From a bacterium (GTDB lineage Bacteria > Vulcanimicrobiota > Xenobia > Xenobiales > JADMJV01), in NCBI GenBank assembly GCA_018780265.1, contig JADMJV010000035.1:10491-74490 (forward strand): a stretch of DNA of 64,000 nt, read 5' to 3'. The position numbers and the translations under genes were made by a program. Positions 54,245 through 63,085 of this stretch are shown piece by piece. Within the stretch, counting starts at the first letter, position 1; the number at the start of each line of letters is the position of its first letter. The notes under the pieces were generated by a model, which saw only the letters and a program-made list of their open reading frames with translations, searched no databases and was not told where the DNA came from.

Positions 54245-54973
54245 TTAGTGGGCGGCCACGCCCGGGAATTCATCCATTTCGGAGCTGCGACGCCGCAGCC
54301 AGAGATAGGGGCCCGACATCAGGTAGAGGGAAGAGCAAGTCCACACGGTCAAGTCCAGGTGGAAAAGGCCGGCCACGGGCAATAGAATCATCAACCAGGG
54401 AGGTAGTTCCCCGACTCGGGTGAACTTGGGGTAGGGCAAGGGGCTGACCATGAGGCCTGCCAGGACGGCTGCCAGCAAGGCGCCGGGCCAGCAGCAGGCC
54501 AGCTTGGGGCAGGTGAGATAGGTCACCGCCACCAGCGTGGCCACGGCCGTGGTTGGCAATCCGTAAAACTCGCCCGCCAATTTGGGGCCCACATTAAAAC
54601 GCGCCAGCCTCCAGGCTCCCGTGAGGCCAAACCAGCACGACAGGGGCACAACCACCCAGAGGGGCATGTGACCTTGGAACCAACCGTAGACGAAAGCCCC
54701 CCCGCCCACGGCGAAAGAAGTCATGTCTGCCAGTGAATCCAGTTGGGCACCAAACTCGGAGGCCACTTGCCAGCGCCGAGCCAGGAACCCGTCAGCGGCA
54801 TCCCAGATCACGCTGCCCAGCAGGCACAGCGAAGCCCAACCGAGCATTCCGTGGCAAGAGAGCATGACGGTGGCCATGCCGAGTACCAGGTTAAAGGAAG
54901 TGCATCCGTTGACGATCCACGAGCGAATTTTTCTGGAGAAGTTAGGTCTCGGCAAGCTGGGCTCCCTGGTCAA
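54245..54973 (-). CDS. pssA: CDP-diacylglycerol--serine O-phosphatidyltransferase
   Basis: CDP-alcohol phosphatidyltransferase motif DAADGFLARRWQVASEFGAQLDSLADM, multiple TM helices. Confidence 0.85.
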   Translation of the reverse strand: MTREPSLPRPNFSRKIRSWIVNGCTSFNLVLGMATVMLSCHGMLGWASLCLLGSVIWDAADGFLARRWQVASEFGAQLDSLADMTSFAVGGGAFVYGWFQGHMPLWVVVPLSCWFGLTGAWRLARFNVGPKLAGEFYGLPTTAVATLVAVTYLTCPKLACCWPGALLAAVLAGLMVSPLPYPKFTRVGELPPWLMILLPVAGLFHLDLTVWTCSSLYLMSGPYLWLRRRSSEMDEFPGVAAH

Positions 54974-55130
54974 TCTCGATTACGGATCCTTGGAGCCAGT
55001 TGGCTGGCACTTCGGGGAGTCCTCCTGCGGGCGCTCAGCCCCCATCGAGGACTTCACTTCTCGGTGGGTGGGCCTTTTTCCCTGGAAGCGCCAGGAACCT
55101 TGACGCCGGCTTGGAAGGGGGCTGCGCACT

Positions 55131-55880
55131 ATGATGTGGAGTCGAGCCCTGCTGACCATGCTGGCCTGCACCCAGCTTAGCCTGGTGGCCTTACAGCGTT
55201 ACCGGGCCCCCCTTGTTGTAGGCAGTCCCAAGCCGCATCCGGAGGGCATTTCTCGCGTTGTTGATCGAATTGCCAACTCTAATTACGGGCTGCTCGGTCG
55301 GCTGCCGCACGCTCAATCCGCACCCACTGCCGCGCCAACCGGCACTCCCCTGAGCGATGTACTGATCATTTTGCCTGAGACTCCTCAGAGTTTGCCCCCC
55401 TCGGACCAGGCTCCCACGTGGCTGTGGCCTATTATTGAGGGCGAATCGCGAAGTCGTGGTCTCGACCCCTACTTGATCGAGTCTGTAATTCGGGTCGAGT
55501 CGGACTTTCAGCCGGAGGCTGTCTCCCCGGTGGGCGCTCAGGGGTTGATGCAATTGATGCCAGACACCGCTCGTCTGGTAGGTGTGGAAGATGCCTTTAA
55601 TCCGCAGCAGAACGTGGCAGGCGGGAGTCAGTACCTGGCCTGGCAGGTGCAAGATTTTGGCGGCGATTTAAGCCTGGCGCTGGCTGCATACAACGCCGGG
55701 CCGGCGGCCGTGCGGCGTTGGGGGGGGATTCCCCCGTACGGAGAAACCAATCAGTACGTGCGGAATGTGCTGGAGGACTATCGGCGCAAAGTGCAAACCG
55801 GCACTCCGCAAAGCTCCGAGGGCGAATTGCAGAATCTGGGTGGGGCAGGTCCGTCTGCTTCCCAGGATTATCCGCGCTAA
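55131..55880 (+). CDS. lytic transglycosylase (SLT domain) protein
   Basis: VIRVESDFQPEAVSPVGAQGLMQLMP (catalytic E-S motif) and AAYNAGPAAV. Confidence 0.85.
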   Translation: MMWSRALLTMLACTQLSLVALQRYRAPLVVGSPKPHPEGISRVVDRIANSNYGLLGRLPHAQSAPTAAPTGTPLSDVLIILPETPQSLPPSDQAPTWLWPIIEGESRSRGLDPYLIESVIRVESDFQPEAVSPVGAQGLMQLMPDTARLVGVEDAFNPQQNVAGGSQYLAWQVQDFGGDLSLALAAYNAGPAAVRRWGGIPPYGETNQYVRNVLEDYRRKVQTGTPQSSEGELQNLGGAGPSASQDYPR

Positions 55881-55933
55881 AATCAGGGTATGCACCCTGC
55901 CCGAAGGACCAAGAGAAAAAGTGAGGTTGACTG

Positions 55934-56416
55934 ATGTCTGAAGCCGTCATTCCCATGACCGAAGAAGGTCACAAAATGTACCAGGATAAGCTGGAGCGGT
56001 TGCGTACTGTGGTGCGCTCCGAAGTAGCCGAGCGAATCCGGCAAGCCAAAGAATTTGGTGATATTTCCGACAACGCTGAGTACGAGTCGGCCAAGTCCGA
56101 TCAGGCCTTCGTCGAGGGCGAGATTATTCAGTTGGAGCGATTGTTATCGCGAGCCAAGATCATCGACCGCAACGAGTTGCCCACCGACGAGGTCAATCTG
56201 GGTAGCACCATCGAGTTGCAAGAGATCAATACCAAGCGTAAGCACACCGTCACAATCGTAGGCACGAATGAGGCTGATATCGAGAAAGGCCGTATTTCTA
56301 ACGAGTCTCCTATCGGTCGTGCCATTCTGAATCAGAAGAAGGGCGAAACGGTGGAGGTGAAGACTCCCGCTGGCCTCTTTAAATACAAGATTGTCAAGAT
56401 TCGGACGACCCTCTAA
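55934..56416 (+). CDS. greA: transcription elongation factor GreA
   Basis: PMTEEGHKMYQDKLERL...AKEFGDISDNAEYESAK coiled-coil finger and a C-terminal globular domain. Confidence 0.93.
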   Translation: MSEAVIPMTEEGHKMYQDKLERLRTVVRSEVAERIRQAKEFGDISDNAEYESAKSDQAFVEGEIIQLERLLSRAKIIDRNELPTDEVNLGSTIELQEINTKRKHTVTIVGTNEADIEKGRISNESPIGRAILNQKKGETVEVKTPAGLFKYKIVKIRTTL

Positions 56417-56418
56417 GG

Positions 56419-56754
56419 TTGGATCTACAGCAAGCTCATTGTGAGGCCTGTCGGGCCGGCGCTCCTCGGGTCACCCCCGAGGAGCGAGCCGAGTGGATGG
56501 ACCAACTACCTCATTGGAGCGTAGTCGAGGTTCATGGAGTGGAGAAACTGGAGCGGGTCTACACCTTCGCCAATTTTACCCAGGCCCTGGACTTCACGGT
56601 CCAGATTGGTCGCATGGCCGATGAGCAGGACCATCATCCGGCACTGCTCACCGAGTGGGGCAAGGTTACGGTGAGTTGGTGGACTCACAAAATCGGTGGC
56701 TTGCACCGCAATGACTTTGTTTGCGCTGCTCGCTCCGACCAGCTCTACACCTGA
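56419..56754 (+). CDS. phhB: 4a-hydroxytetrahydrobiopterin dehydratase
   Basis: DHHPALLTEWGKVTVSWWTHKIGGLHRNDF. TTG start. Confidence 0.85.
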   Translation: MDLQQAHCEACRAGAPRVTPEERAEWMDQLPHWSVVEVHGVEKLERVYTFANFTQALDFTVQIGRMADEQDHHPALLTEWGKVTVSWWTHKIGGLHRNDFVCAARSDQLYT

Positions 56755-56761
56755 TCGGTTT

Positions 56762-58456
56762 CTAGAGTGGTCCGTCACCGCTGCCAAGCGAGCCCCCCGG
56801 GCCGCCGGCTCGACTGCGACGCAGCCAAAAAACGTCACGAGTTTTGCCTTCGGGGCCGACTTCGAAGCGAAACTCGTCGCCCTCCCAGCGCACCGGCATG
56901 ATTTTTGCTTCACTCTCGAAAACATAGTCGGGCTCGGCTTTGAGGGTCAGGGAGCCTAAGGAGCTGTGCAGTCGGCAGTGGGGTTGACCCTGCCCGTTGC
57001 AGATCAGGTATTGCCCCAAGAGGGCGGACAGCGTAAATTCCTCTTCAATGCCGGGACCTTCCAGTCGCAGGCTTATTTTCCAGAGCAGCACCGCGCCGGC
57101 TGCTGCCACGGCCACGATAGCGCCGACTGCCAACAGGATTCCCACCACGATGGCTGAGCTGGGGTCAGCCTTGACGCGAATCACCAGCTTGCGTTGAAAA
57201 AGGATGTCGCGTTGAGCGCCTTCATTTTGGCTCAGATCTTGTTGCTGCAGCATGTACTGCTCAACTTCGTTGAGTCGGGGCACGGCATCCAGGCGCTCTT
57301 GCATTTCTGTGGGGACCTCGTGAGTCAGGTTTCCCTGGTCAACGTGCAACACCGCCTTCATGCGCACGTCGCCCTGAACTTCCGGCAACCAGCTCGCAAA
57401 GAGATGGGTCAACATCTGCGAGGTGCGACGTTGGAGTACAATCGGTTTGCCCTCCGGGCCCGCCAATTGCAGCGAGAACATCGTCATGGAGTCCTGTTCG
57501 GGGGCCACTTCCAGCGTTTTGGGAGTGACCTGCCAACTGAGCTTGGTTTTGCTGCCTCCCTCGTAGATTGGCGGGACACGAAGTTCCACGTCGGCATCTT
57601 CCAAAGATGCGCCCTGAACCTTCCAGCCTTTCAGGCGGGAGCGAATGCGGAATCGCAAATTTCCCTGTAACTTGTCGCCCTCGTTAAAGTAGAGAACGGT
57701 CTGGCCGCCCTCTTGTTCCATTTTATGTTTGCCGGGGGCCTCAAAAGTGAGTTCCTTAGAAAAGTCTAAGGTTGTGGAATCGGTTTCGTTGTAGAGAGGC
57801 CGAAACAACATTCCCCCAAAATGAGTTCGCTTCTCGACCTCCTTGGCCAACTCGGCCACCTCCCGGGTTTCCAGCACACGAGGGGGGACCAGCAGGTACA
57901 TCACCAGGCAGTCGTTGGGACGCTTTTTGGGATCCCCCAGGGGAAACAGGTACACGTAGCTGTAGTCGGGGCTATCGCGCAGACTCTGATAGAAGGAGTG
58001 GTCCGATTGGTTGGTGCTGAAATTGTTTTCGTTGTCGGTAATCAGCCACACTACCCCGGGGTGGGAACTGGCCTGAAGCATCAATTGGGCAATGGCCAGA
58101 GCGCGTGACATGTCGGTGGCACCACCGCCGGGGGGGGTTACCTCTTCCCAGCGGGTGGCAAAGTCGGCCAGGGGGGCCGGGCCTAACGCGATACGAGATT
58201 CCTTCTTGTCGGTGGCCTCGTCAGAGAAAGGACGCAGGGTGAACTGGCTGGCCTCGGAAAAAAACTTTCCTTCGGGCTGAACCAGCGCTTTAAGAAGGTC
58301 GGGCAGGTCAGGGGCCCAGCTTTGGCGATCTGAGTAACCGTGCTGGCGCATACTGCCCGAAACGTCGACGAGGATGACGTGGTCTAAGGTTGGAGGAGCG
58401 GCCAAAACCGCTCGCACCAGAGCTCCACCCAGCAACCCTATCAGACACCGTTTCAC
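56762..58456 (-). CDS. VWA-domain membrane protein
   Basis: Signal peptide, MIDAS motif ILVDVSGSM and VVWLITDNENN, one TM helix (AIVVGILLAVGAIVAVAAAGAVLLW), and a ~110-aa cytoplasmic tail. Confidence 0.75.
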   Translation of the reverse strand: MKRCLIGLLGGALVRAVLAAPPTLDHVILVDVSGSMRQHGYSDRQSWAPDLPDLLKALVQPEGKFFSEASQFTLRPFSDEATDKKESRIALGPAPLADFATRWEEVTPPGGGATDMSRALAIAQLMLQASSHPGVVWLITDNENNFSTNQSDHSFYQSLRDSPDYSYVYLFPLGDPKKRPNDCLVMYLLVPPRVLETREVAELAKEVEKRTHFGGMLFRPLYNETDSTTLDFSKELTFEAPGKHKMEQEGGQTVLYFNEGDKLQGNLRFRIRSRLKGWKVQGASLEDADVELRVPPIYEGGSKTKLSWQVTPKTLEVAPEQDSMTMFSLQLAGPEGKPIVLQRRTSQMLTHLFASWLPEVQGDVRMKAVLHVDQGNLTHEVPTEMQERLDAVPRLNEVEQYMLQQQDLSQNEGAQRDILFQRKLVIRVKADPSSAIVVGILLAVGAIVAVAAAGAVLLWKISLRLEGPGIEEEFTLSALLGQYLICNGQGQPHCRLHSSLGSLTLKAEPDYVFESEAKIMPVRWEGDEFRFEVGPEGKTRDVFWLRRSRAGGPGGSLGSGDGPL

Positions 58457-58504
58457 CCCGCCACGTTCGAGGTTTCAGGTCGGTTCCTTCTAGAGAAGGC
58501 AAGG

Positions 58505-61500
58505 CTAGAGCGGAGGCTGTTGGGCGCGTTCCAAGGCGGCCAACTGTTCGTTGAGTTCGGCGTTGGCTTCTTCAAGTTCCCTGGTGTATGCTTGGGATTC
58601 AGCCAATTTGCGGGTCGACTCAGCGTCCTTCTGTCGTTCCTGTTTGAGGGCAGCCACAGCCTGAGTCAGTTTGGCGCGGTACTCTTCCAGCTTGCGGGCG
58701 GTTTCCTGGCCTCCCCCCGGTTTCAGCTGGCGTAACAGTTCTTGCTTTTCTCGCTCCAGCCGGGCGATTTGTTCGCGGCTGCGTTCCCGCTCCTGGTTGA
58801 CGAAGGTTTCCAGTTCGGACATCTGCTGTTCAGCCTCGCCCAGGATGTTGGAGGAAAGGTCGAGTTGTTCTTGTAATTCGGCCGCCTGCTCGCTCTGCGC
58901 CTTAAGTTGCTGCTCCTGTTCGAGAATTCGCTGGCGCAAGGCCTCTGCTTCGATCTTCGATTGAATCTGCTGCAGGTCGACTTGCTGTTTGAGGGCTTCA
59001 CGCTCCAGCCTGGCTTGCTGCAACTCGCTCTCCTGCAATTGGACTTTGAGCGCCTGCTGGCGCGCTACTTCCCGAAGTTGCTCGGCGTGCTCGCTTTCCT
59101 CGTGGAGGCCGGACTCCAGTGATTCTCGCTCGTCTCGGAGGTGGCGAAAGTCCCGTTCCAGTTGTTGGATTTTTTGGCGCTGCTGCTCGATGTGCGCCTC
59201 GAGCGCCTCTTTTTGCTGGATTTCGCTCTCCAGCTCTTCCATCACCGCCTGGGCGTCCGCCTGGGCCTGTTGCAGTCTGTTCTGAGCCTGGTTTCGTTCT
59301 GCCTGGCCTTCTTTGAGACGACTGGCAAAAGTGGTGACGGCTTTCTCCAGTTTGGCGACCCGTTGAGCGCGCGTCTCTAACTCGATGCCCTGGGTGATCG
59401 TCTCCTGGCGTAGTTTGGCCAGTTCCTCGCGCGCCGACGCGTGGTTCTGTTGGCTCTCTTCCAGCTCGAGTTGAGTCCCGCTGTGGGCCTCTACTTCTCG
59501 CTCATGACGCTGCTGTAGGGTTCGCAACTCCTCTTCAACGTGGCTCAGGCGATCCAGTTCTTCCGCCAATTCCTGAACTTCCAGGTCGCGGGTGGCCAGT
59601 TCTTTGCGACTAACCGTCAATTGCGCCAGCAGTTCCTGCTGTTGGTGGTGAAGCTGGTCCACTTGTTGCTGGACTTGGGCAAGTTGCTGGCAGCGAACTT
59701 GGGCCAACTGCTCGGACTGGACCAGCCAGATTTCCTGTTGACCACTGGCCTGTTGAGCCAGCACCATCACCTGCTCGACTTCTCCCAAGCGCCGCTTCAA
59801 GAGGTCTCGCTGACTTTCTGTTTTCTCCAGGGTCGACAGCAGTTCTTGAAGGGTGCCCCGGGCCGCCACGAATTCTTGTTCCACCTCTTGCTTGCTGGCG
59901 TGTTGTTTCTTGTACGCCTCCTTGAGCTCGTTGTAGCGGGAGTGGACCATCTGAAGTTTCTGGCGAGTGTTGCCGAGTTCGCCCTCAAGCTGCCCTAGTT
60001 GTTCAACCAGCCGCTGCTGCAGTAGTTGGTTTGACTCTTGGGTTTTGCCGAGCTGCAATTGCAAGGATTGCTGATGGGCCTGAGAGAGTCCCAGGTCCTG
60101 CTGGGACTGTTGCAGGTCTTGCCTGGACTGCTCAAGAGCCTGATTGGACTGAAGTACAGCATGCTGCTCTTGCTGGACCCGCAGGTTGGCCTGGTCAAGC
60201 TCGGCCTGGACGGTGCTGATCTCTTCAAGCAAGGCTTCGCGCTCATCTTGAAGATCGCCGATTTCTTGTTGCAGCTTGTCGACGTGCTGTAGCTTGTCCG
60301 TCAGGGCTCGCTCGGTCTCGGCTCGGTTGGTCTGCTCGCCCTCCAAGGATTGCTGCAGATGCAGGCGGTCCTCCTGGAGCAGTTGGATGGCCTCTTTCTG
60401 TTGGCGAATGCCTTCCTTGGCGCGGACCATTTTAGCCTGGTGAAGTTCCAGATTTTTTTGCAGTCGGACTACCTCTTGCTCAGCCTCAAGACGCCCGGCG
60501 GATTCGGCGGCCAGTCGCTCTTCCAGTTCCACCAAGCCTCGCTGGTTCTGATCCAGCTGACTCTGCTGTTGGGCCAGGCGAGCTTCAAAGTGCAGGGTCT
60601 GTTGGGCCAGCAGTTGCAGTTCGGAAAGCAGGTCTCGTCCCCGCTGGTCTGCCAGAAGGTGACCGTAAGTCGCTGCCTGCAAAGCCCCTTCCAGATGCTC
60701 AAAGGCCGGCTGATAGGTCGCCTCAAGTGCGCTTAATGGCTCCAGCTCTTTGAGTTGGCTTGAGTGAAGGCGAGCCTCCAGTGCCTCCAGCGCGTCCAGC
60801 AAAATCTGTTTTTCACTCAGTAGCCGGTTCAGGCCGTCCTGATGATGGTCGAGCGCTTCTTTCGCTTCGGCCAGCTTGCATCGATGTTGCTGCAGGGATT
60901 GGTGGAGTTGACCGGTTTCTTGGAGGGACTGCTGGCTGTGATCTTGCAGTTGTTGCTGCAACTCGACCAGTTGTCTCTGAACCCCCATCTGGGAACGTTG
61001 CTCCTGGTTGAGCTGCGATTCCAACTCCTCCAGGCGGGCGACGCTTACCGTCAACTCCTCTTCCAGGGTCTGCACATATTCCTGCGCCTGGGCCCGCGTT
61101 TGCCGCTCCCGATCGAGCTGGTTCTGTAAATCGCCAAGTTTGTGCTGATACAGTCGCAGTTGCTCTTGCTGCTGCCCCAATTGGGTTTCCAGTTGGGCGG
61201 TTTGTTGGCCCAGATGGGTCACGACCTGAGTCAGTTTGCCTTCGCGCTGGTGCGAATGATGGGCTTGCTCCTCGGTTAGGGCCAGGTCTTGTTCCAATTT
61301 GGATAGCGCCTGCACCAGCCAGAGCTGAGAGTGAATTCGTTCGCGCTCCAGGTCCTGACGAGCTTGCTCCAGTTGTTCCTGTTGCTGATGAGTCAGGGCC
61401 TCTTGATTGCGGAGCCGCTGTTCCAAATCTCGGCGGACCTGCTGTTGGTCCTTTTCGTGCTGGAGTTGTTCCTCCAGGTCAGCGGCGTAGCGGCCGATCT

Positions 61501-63085
61501 GGAGCAGTTCTCCATCTCGGTCCGTGCCGGAACGAGTGGCCAGATGGACTGCTTGCTCCAGTCCCCAACTGGCTTGTTGGCTCCACTCTATTACCAGTTG
61601 TAAACTGGCTCGCTCTGCCTCGATCTGGTCGATATGCAGCTGGGCCTCGCGAAGTTGGTCACGCAGTTGTTCTAGCTGTGTGTGCTCAAACTCTACCCGC
61701 CGCTCTGATTGCTCGAGTTGCTGTTCTAAGATCCAGCCGGCCTGTTGGACCACCTGTCCTTCGTTGAGCAGGGTGATGCGGCGCTGCTGCTCCTGTTCCA
61801 GTTGCTCGCGGGTGTGGCGAAGTTCGCTTCCAGATTGCTCCAGGCGCGAGCTGAGTTGGGCAATTTCGCCCTGGTGGCCTTGGTCTTGCTGGGAGACTTG
61901 CTCCAGTTGTCGAGCCAGTGAGACCCTCTGTTGTTCCGATTGGGCCAGGGCCGACTCCAGGCTGGCCAGAGCCTGCCAGGATACCTGATTGAGGCTTTGC
62001 TGTTGGCCGGCGAGTGCTGTAAGTTGCTGCTGAACCTGCAGTTGATGGAGCAACCGCTCTTCCAGAGCGGCCACGGCCTGCTGGGACCAACGGTTGCGCA
62101 GAGCGTAGTCTTGCAGCAGGCTATCCCAGCGCTGTTGCCATTCACGCAACTTGCCCTCAGCCTGGCGTAAACCGCCCACCAGTTGGGAACGTTCGCTATC
62201 GTTGCTGCCCAACCATAGCTCGAGGGCGTCGATGGAGCTCTGCATCCAGTGACTGAGGTTGGCCGTCTCAGCCCGCTCGGCTTCCAGTTCCATTACCCAA
62301 TCGGCGCGTTCCTGTTGCCAATGATTCTCGGCTTCACGAGCTTGGGATTGAGACGTTTGCAGATCTATTTGGAGACGTTCCAGTTCGGCTTGCATCTGAG
62401 AGAGCATCGCCTGCTGACGGACTCGTTCTCCCTCCAGCTCCCCCAGGCCACTGGCAGCCTGCTTGTGCTGGCTGCGCAACTGAGCGATGTCTGCTTCGCG
62501 CTGGTTGAGGAGCAGCTCGTACTCGGAAATCAGTTCTTGATTCTCCAGCAGGGCTTTTTCCAGATCGTTGAGCTCTCCGCGCTGGGGACGGTCGCGTAGC
62601 TCTTGTTGTAGACTCCCTAACCGCTGTTCAAGATGAAATCCGCGTTGCTCGGCCTGCTCAAGTTGTAGACGCAGTTCGGTGACCGGCTGCAAATCCTCCC
62701 GAGGGGAGGCTTCGTGTAGTTGCAGGCGCAGTTGTGCGAGCTGGCTCTCGTAGTAGTCTGCCTGCTGGCGGGCCGACTGGCCGGTCTCCTCCAGTTGAGC
62801 CTGGGCTGCTTCCAGGCGTAGCTTCTGGTCCAGGTAATCCTGTCGAAGGGCTCCGTCTCCCCGGGATGCCTGCTCCAGTTTGACCTGCAGGATTTTGGCC
62901 TGCTTGGATCTTTGCAGGGCCAATTGTTGCAGTTGCACGGCCGACTTTTTGTATTTGAGCGCCAGCGCCTGAGTCTGAGCCAGTCTCGTCTTCAGTTGGG
63001 CCAAAACGGTCCGGACGTCGGCGGCCCCAGTGGTTCCTGCCGCCCCCGCCTGACGACTGGTCACCGTGCGTGTGGGCTGGCTCAA
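58505..63085 (-). CDS. giant coiled-coil protein (1526 aa)
   Basis: Almost entirely Q/E/L/R-rich heptad-like sequence with no ATPase motifs. The TTG start overlaps the stop of the upstream coiled-coil gene (TTGA). Confidence 0.8.
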   Translation of the reverse strand: MSQPTRTVTSRQAGAAGTTGAADVRTVLAQLKTRLAQTQALALKYKKSAVQLQQLALQRSKQAKILQVKLEQASRGDGALRQDYLDQKLRLEAAQAQLEETGQSARQQADYYESQLAQLRLQLHEASPREDLQPVTELRLQLEQAEQRGFHLEQRLGSLQQELRDRPQRGELNDLEKALLENQELISEYELLLNQREADIAQLRSQHKQAASGLGELEGERVRQQAMLSQMQAELERLQIDLQTSQSQAREAENHWQQERADWVMELEAERAETANLSHWMQSSIDALELWLGSNDSERSQLVGGLRQAEGKLREWQQRWDSLLQDYALRNRWSQQAVAALEERLLHQLQVQQQLTALAGQQQSLNQVSWQALASLESALAQSEQQRVSLARQLEQVSQQDQGHQGEIAQLSSRLEQSGSELRHTREQLEQEQQRRITLLNEGQVVQQAGWILEQQLEQSERRVEFEHTQLEQLRDQLREAQLHIDQIEAERASLQLVIEWSQQASWGLEQAVHLATRSGTDRDGELLQIGRYAADLEEQLQHEKDQQQVRRDLEQRLRNQEALTHQQQEQLEQARQDLERERIHSQLWLVQALSKLEQDLALTEEQAHHSHQREGKLTQVVTHLGQQTAQLETQLGQQQEQLRLYQHKLGDLQNQLDRERQTRAQAQEYVQTLEEELTVSVARLEELESQLNQEQRSQMGVQRQLVELQQQLQDHSQQSLQETGQLHQSLQQHRCKLAEAKEALDHHQDGLNRLLSEKQILLDALEALEARLHSSQLKELEPLSALEATYQPAFEHLEGALQAATYGHLLADQRGRDLLSELQLLAQQTLHFEARLAQQQSQLDQNQRGLVELEERLAAESAGRLEAEQEVVRLQKNLELHQAKMVRAKEGIRQQKEAIQLLQEDRLHLQQSLEGEQTNRAETERALTDKLQHVDKLQQEIGDLQDEREALLEEISTVQAELDQANLRVQQEQHAVLQSNQALEQSRQDLQQSQQDLGLSQAHQQSLQLQLGKTQESNQLLQQRLVEQLGQLEGELGNTRQKLQMVHSRYNELKEAYKKQHASKQEVEQEFVAARGTLQELLSTLEKTESQRDLLKRRLGEVEQVMVLAQQASGQQEIWLVQSEQLAQVRCQQLAQVQQQVDQLHHQQQELLAQLTVSRKELATRDLEVQELAEELDRLSHVEEELRTLQQRHEREVEAHSGTQLELEESQQNHASAREELAKLRQETITQGIELETRAQRVAKLEKAVTTFASRLKEGQAERNQAQNRLQQAQADAQAVMEELESEIQQKEALEAHIEQQRQKIQQLERDFRHLRDERESLESGLHEESEHAEQLREVARQQALKVQLQESELQQARLEREALKQQVDLQQIQSKIEAEALRQRILEQEQQLKAQSEQAAELQEQLDLSSNILGEAEQQMSELETFVNQERERSREQIARLEREKQELLRQLKPGGGQETARKLEEYRAKLTQAVAALKQERQKDAESTRKLAESQAYTRELEEANAELNEQLAALERAQQPPL

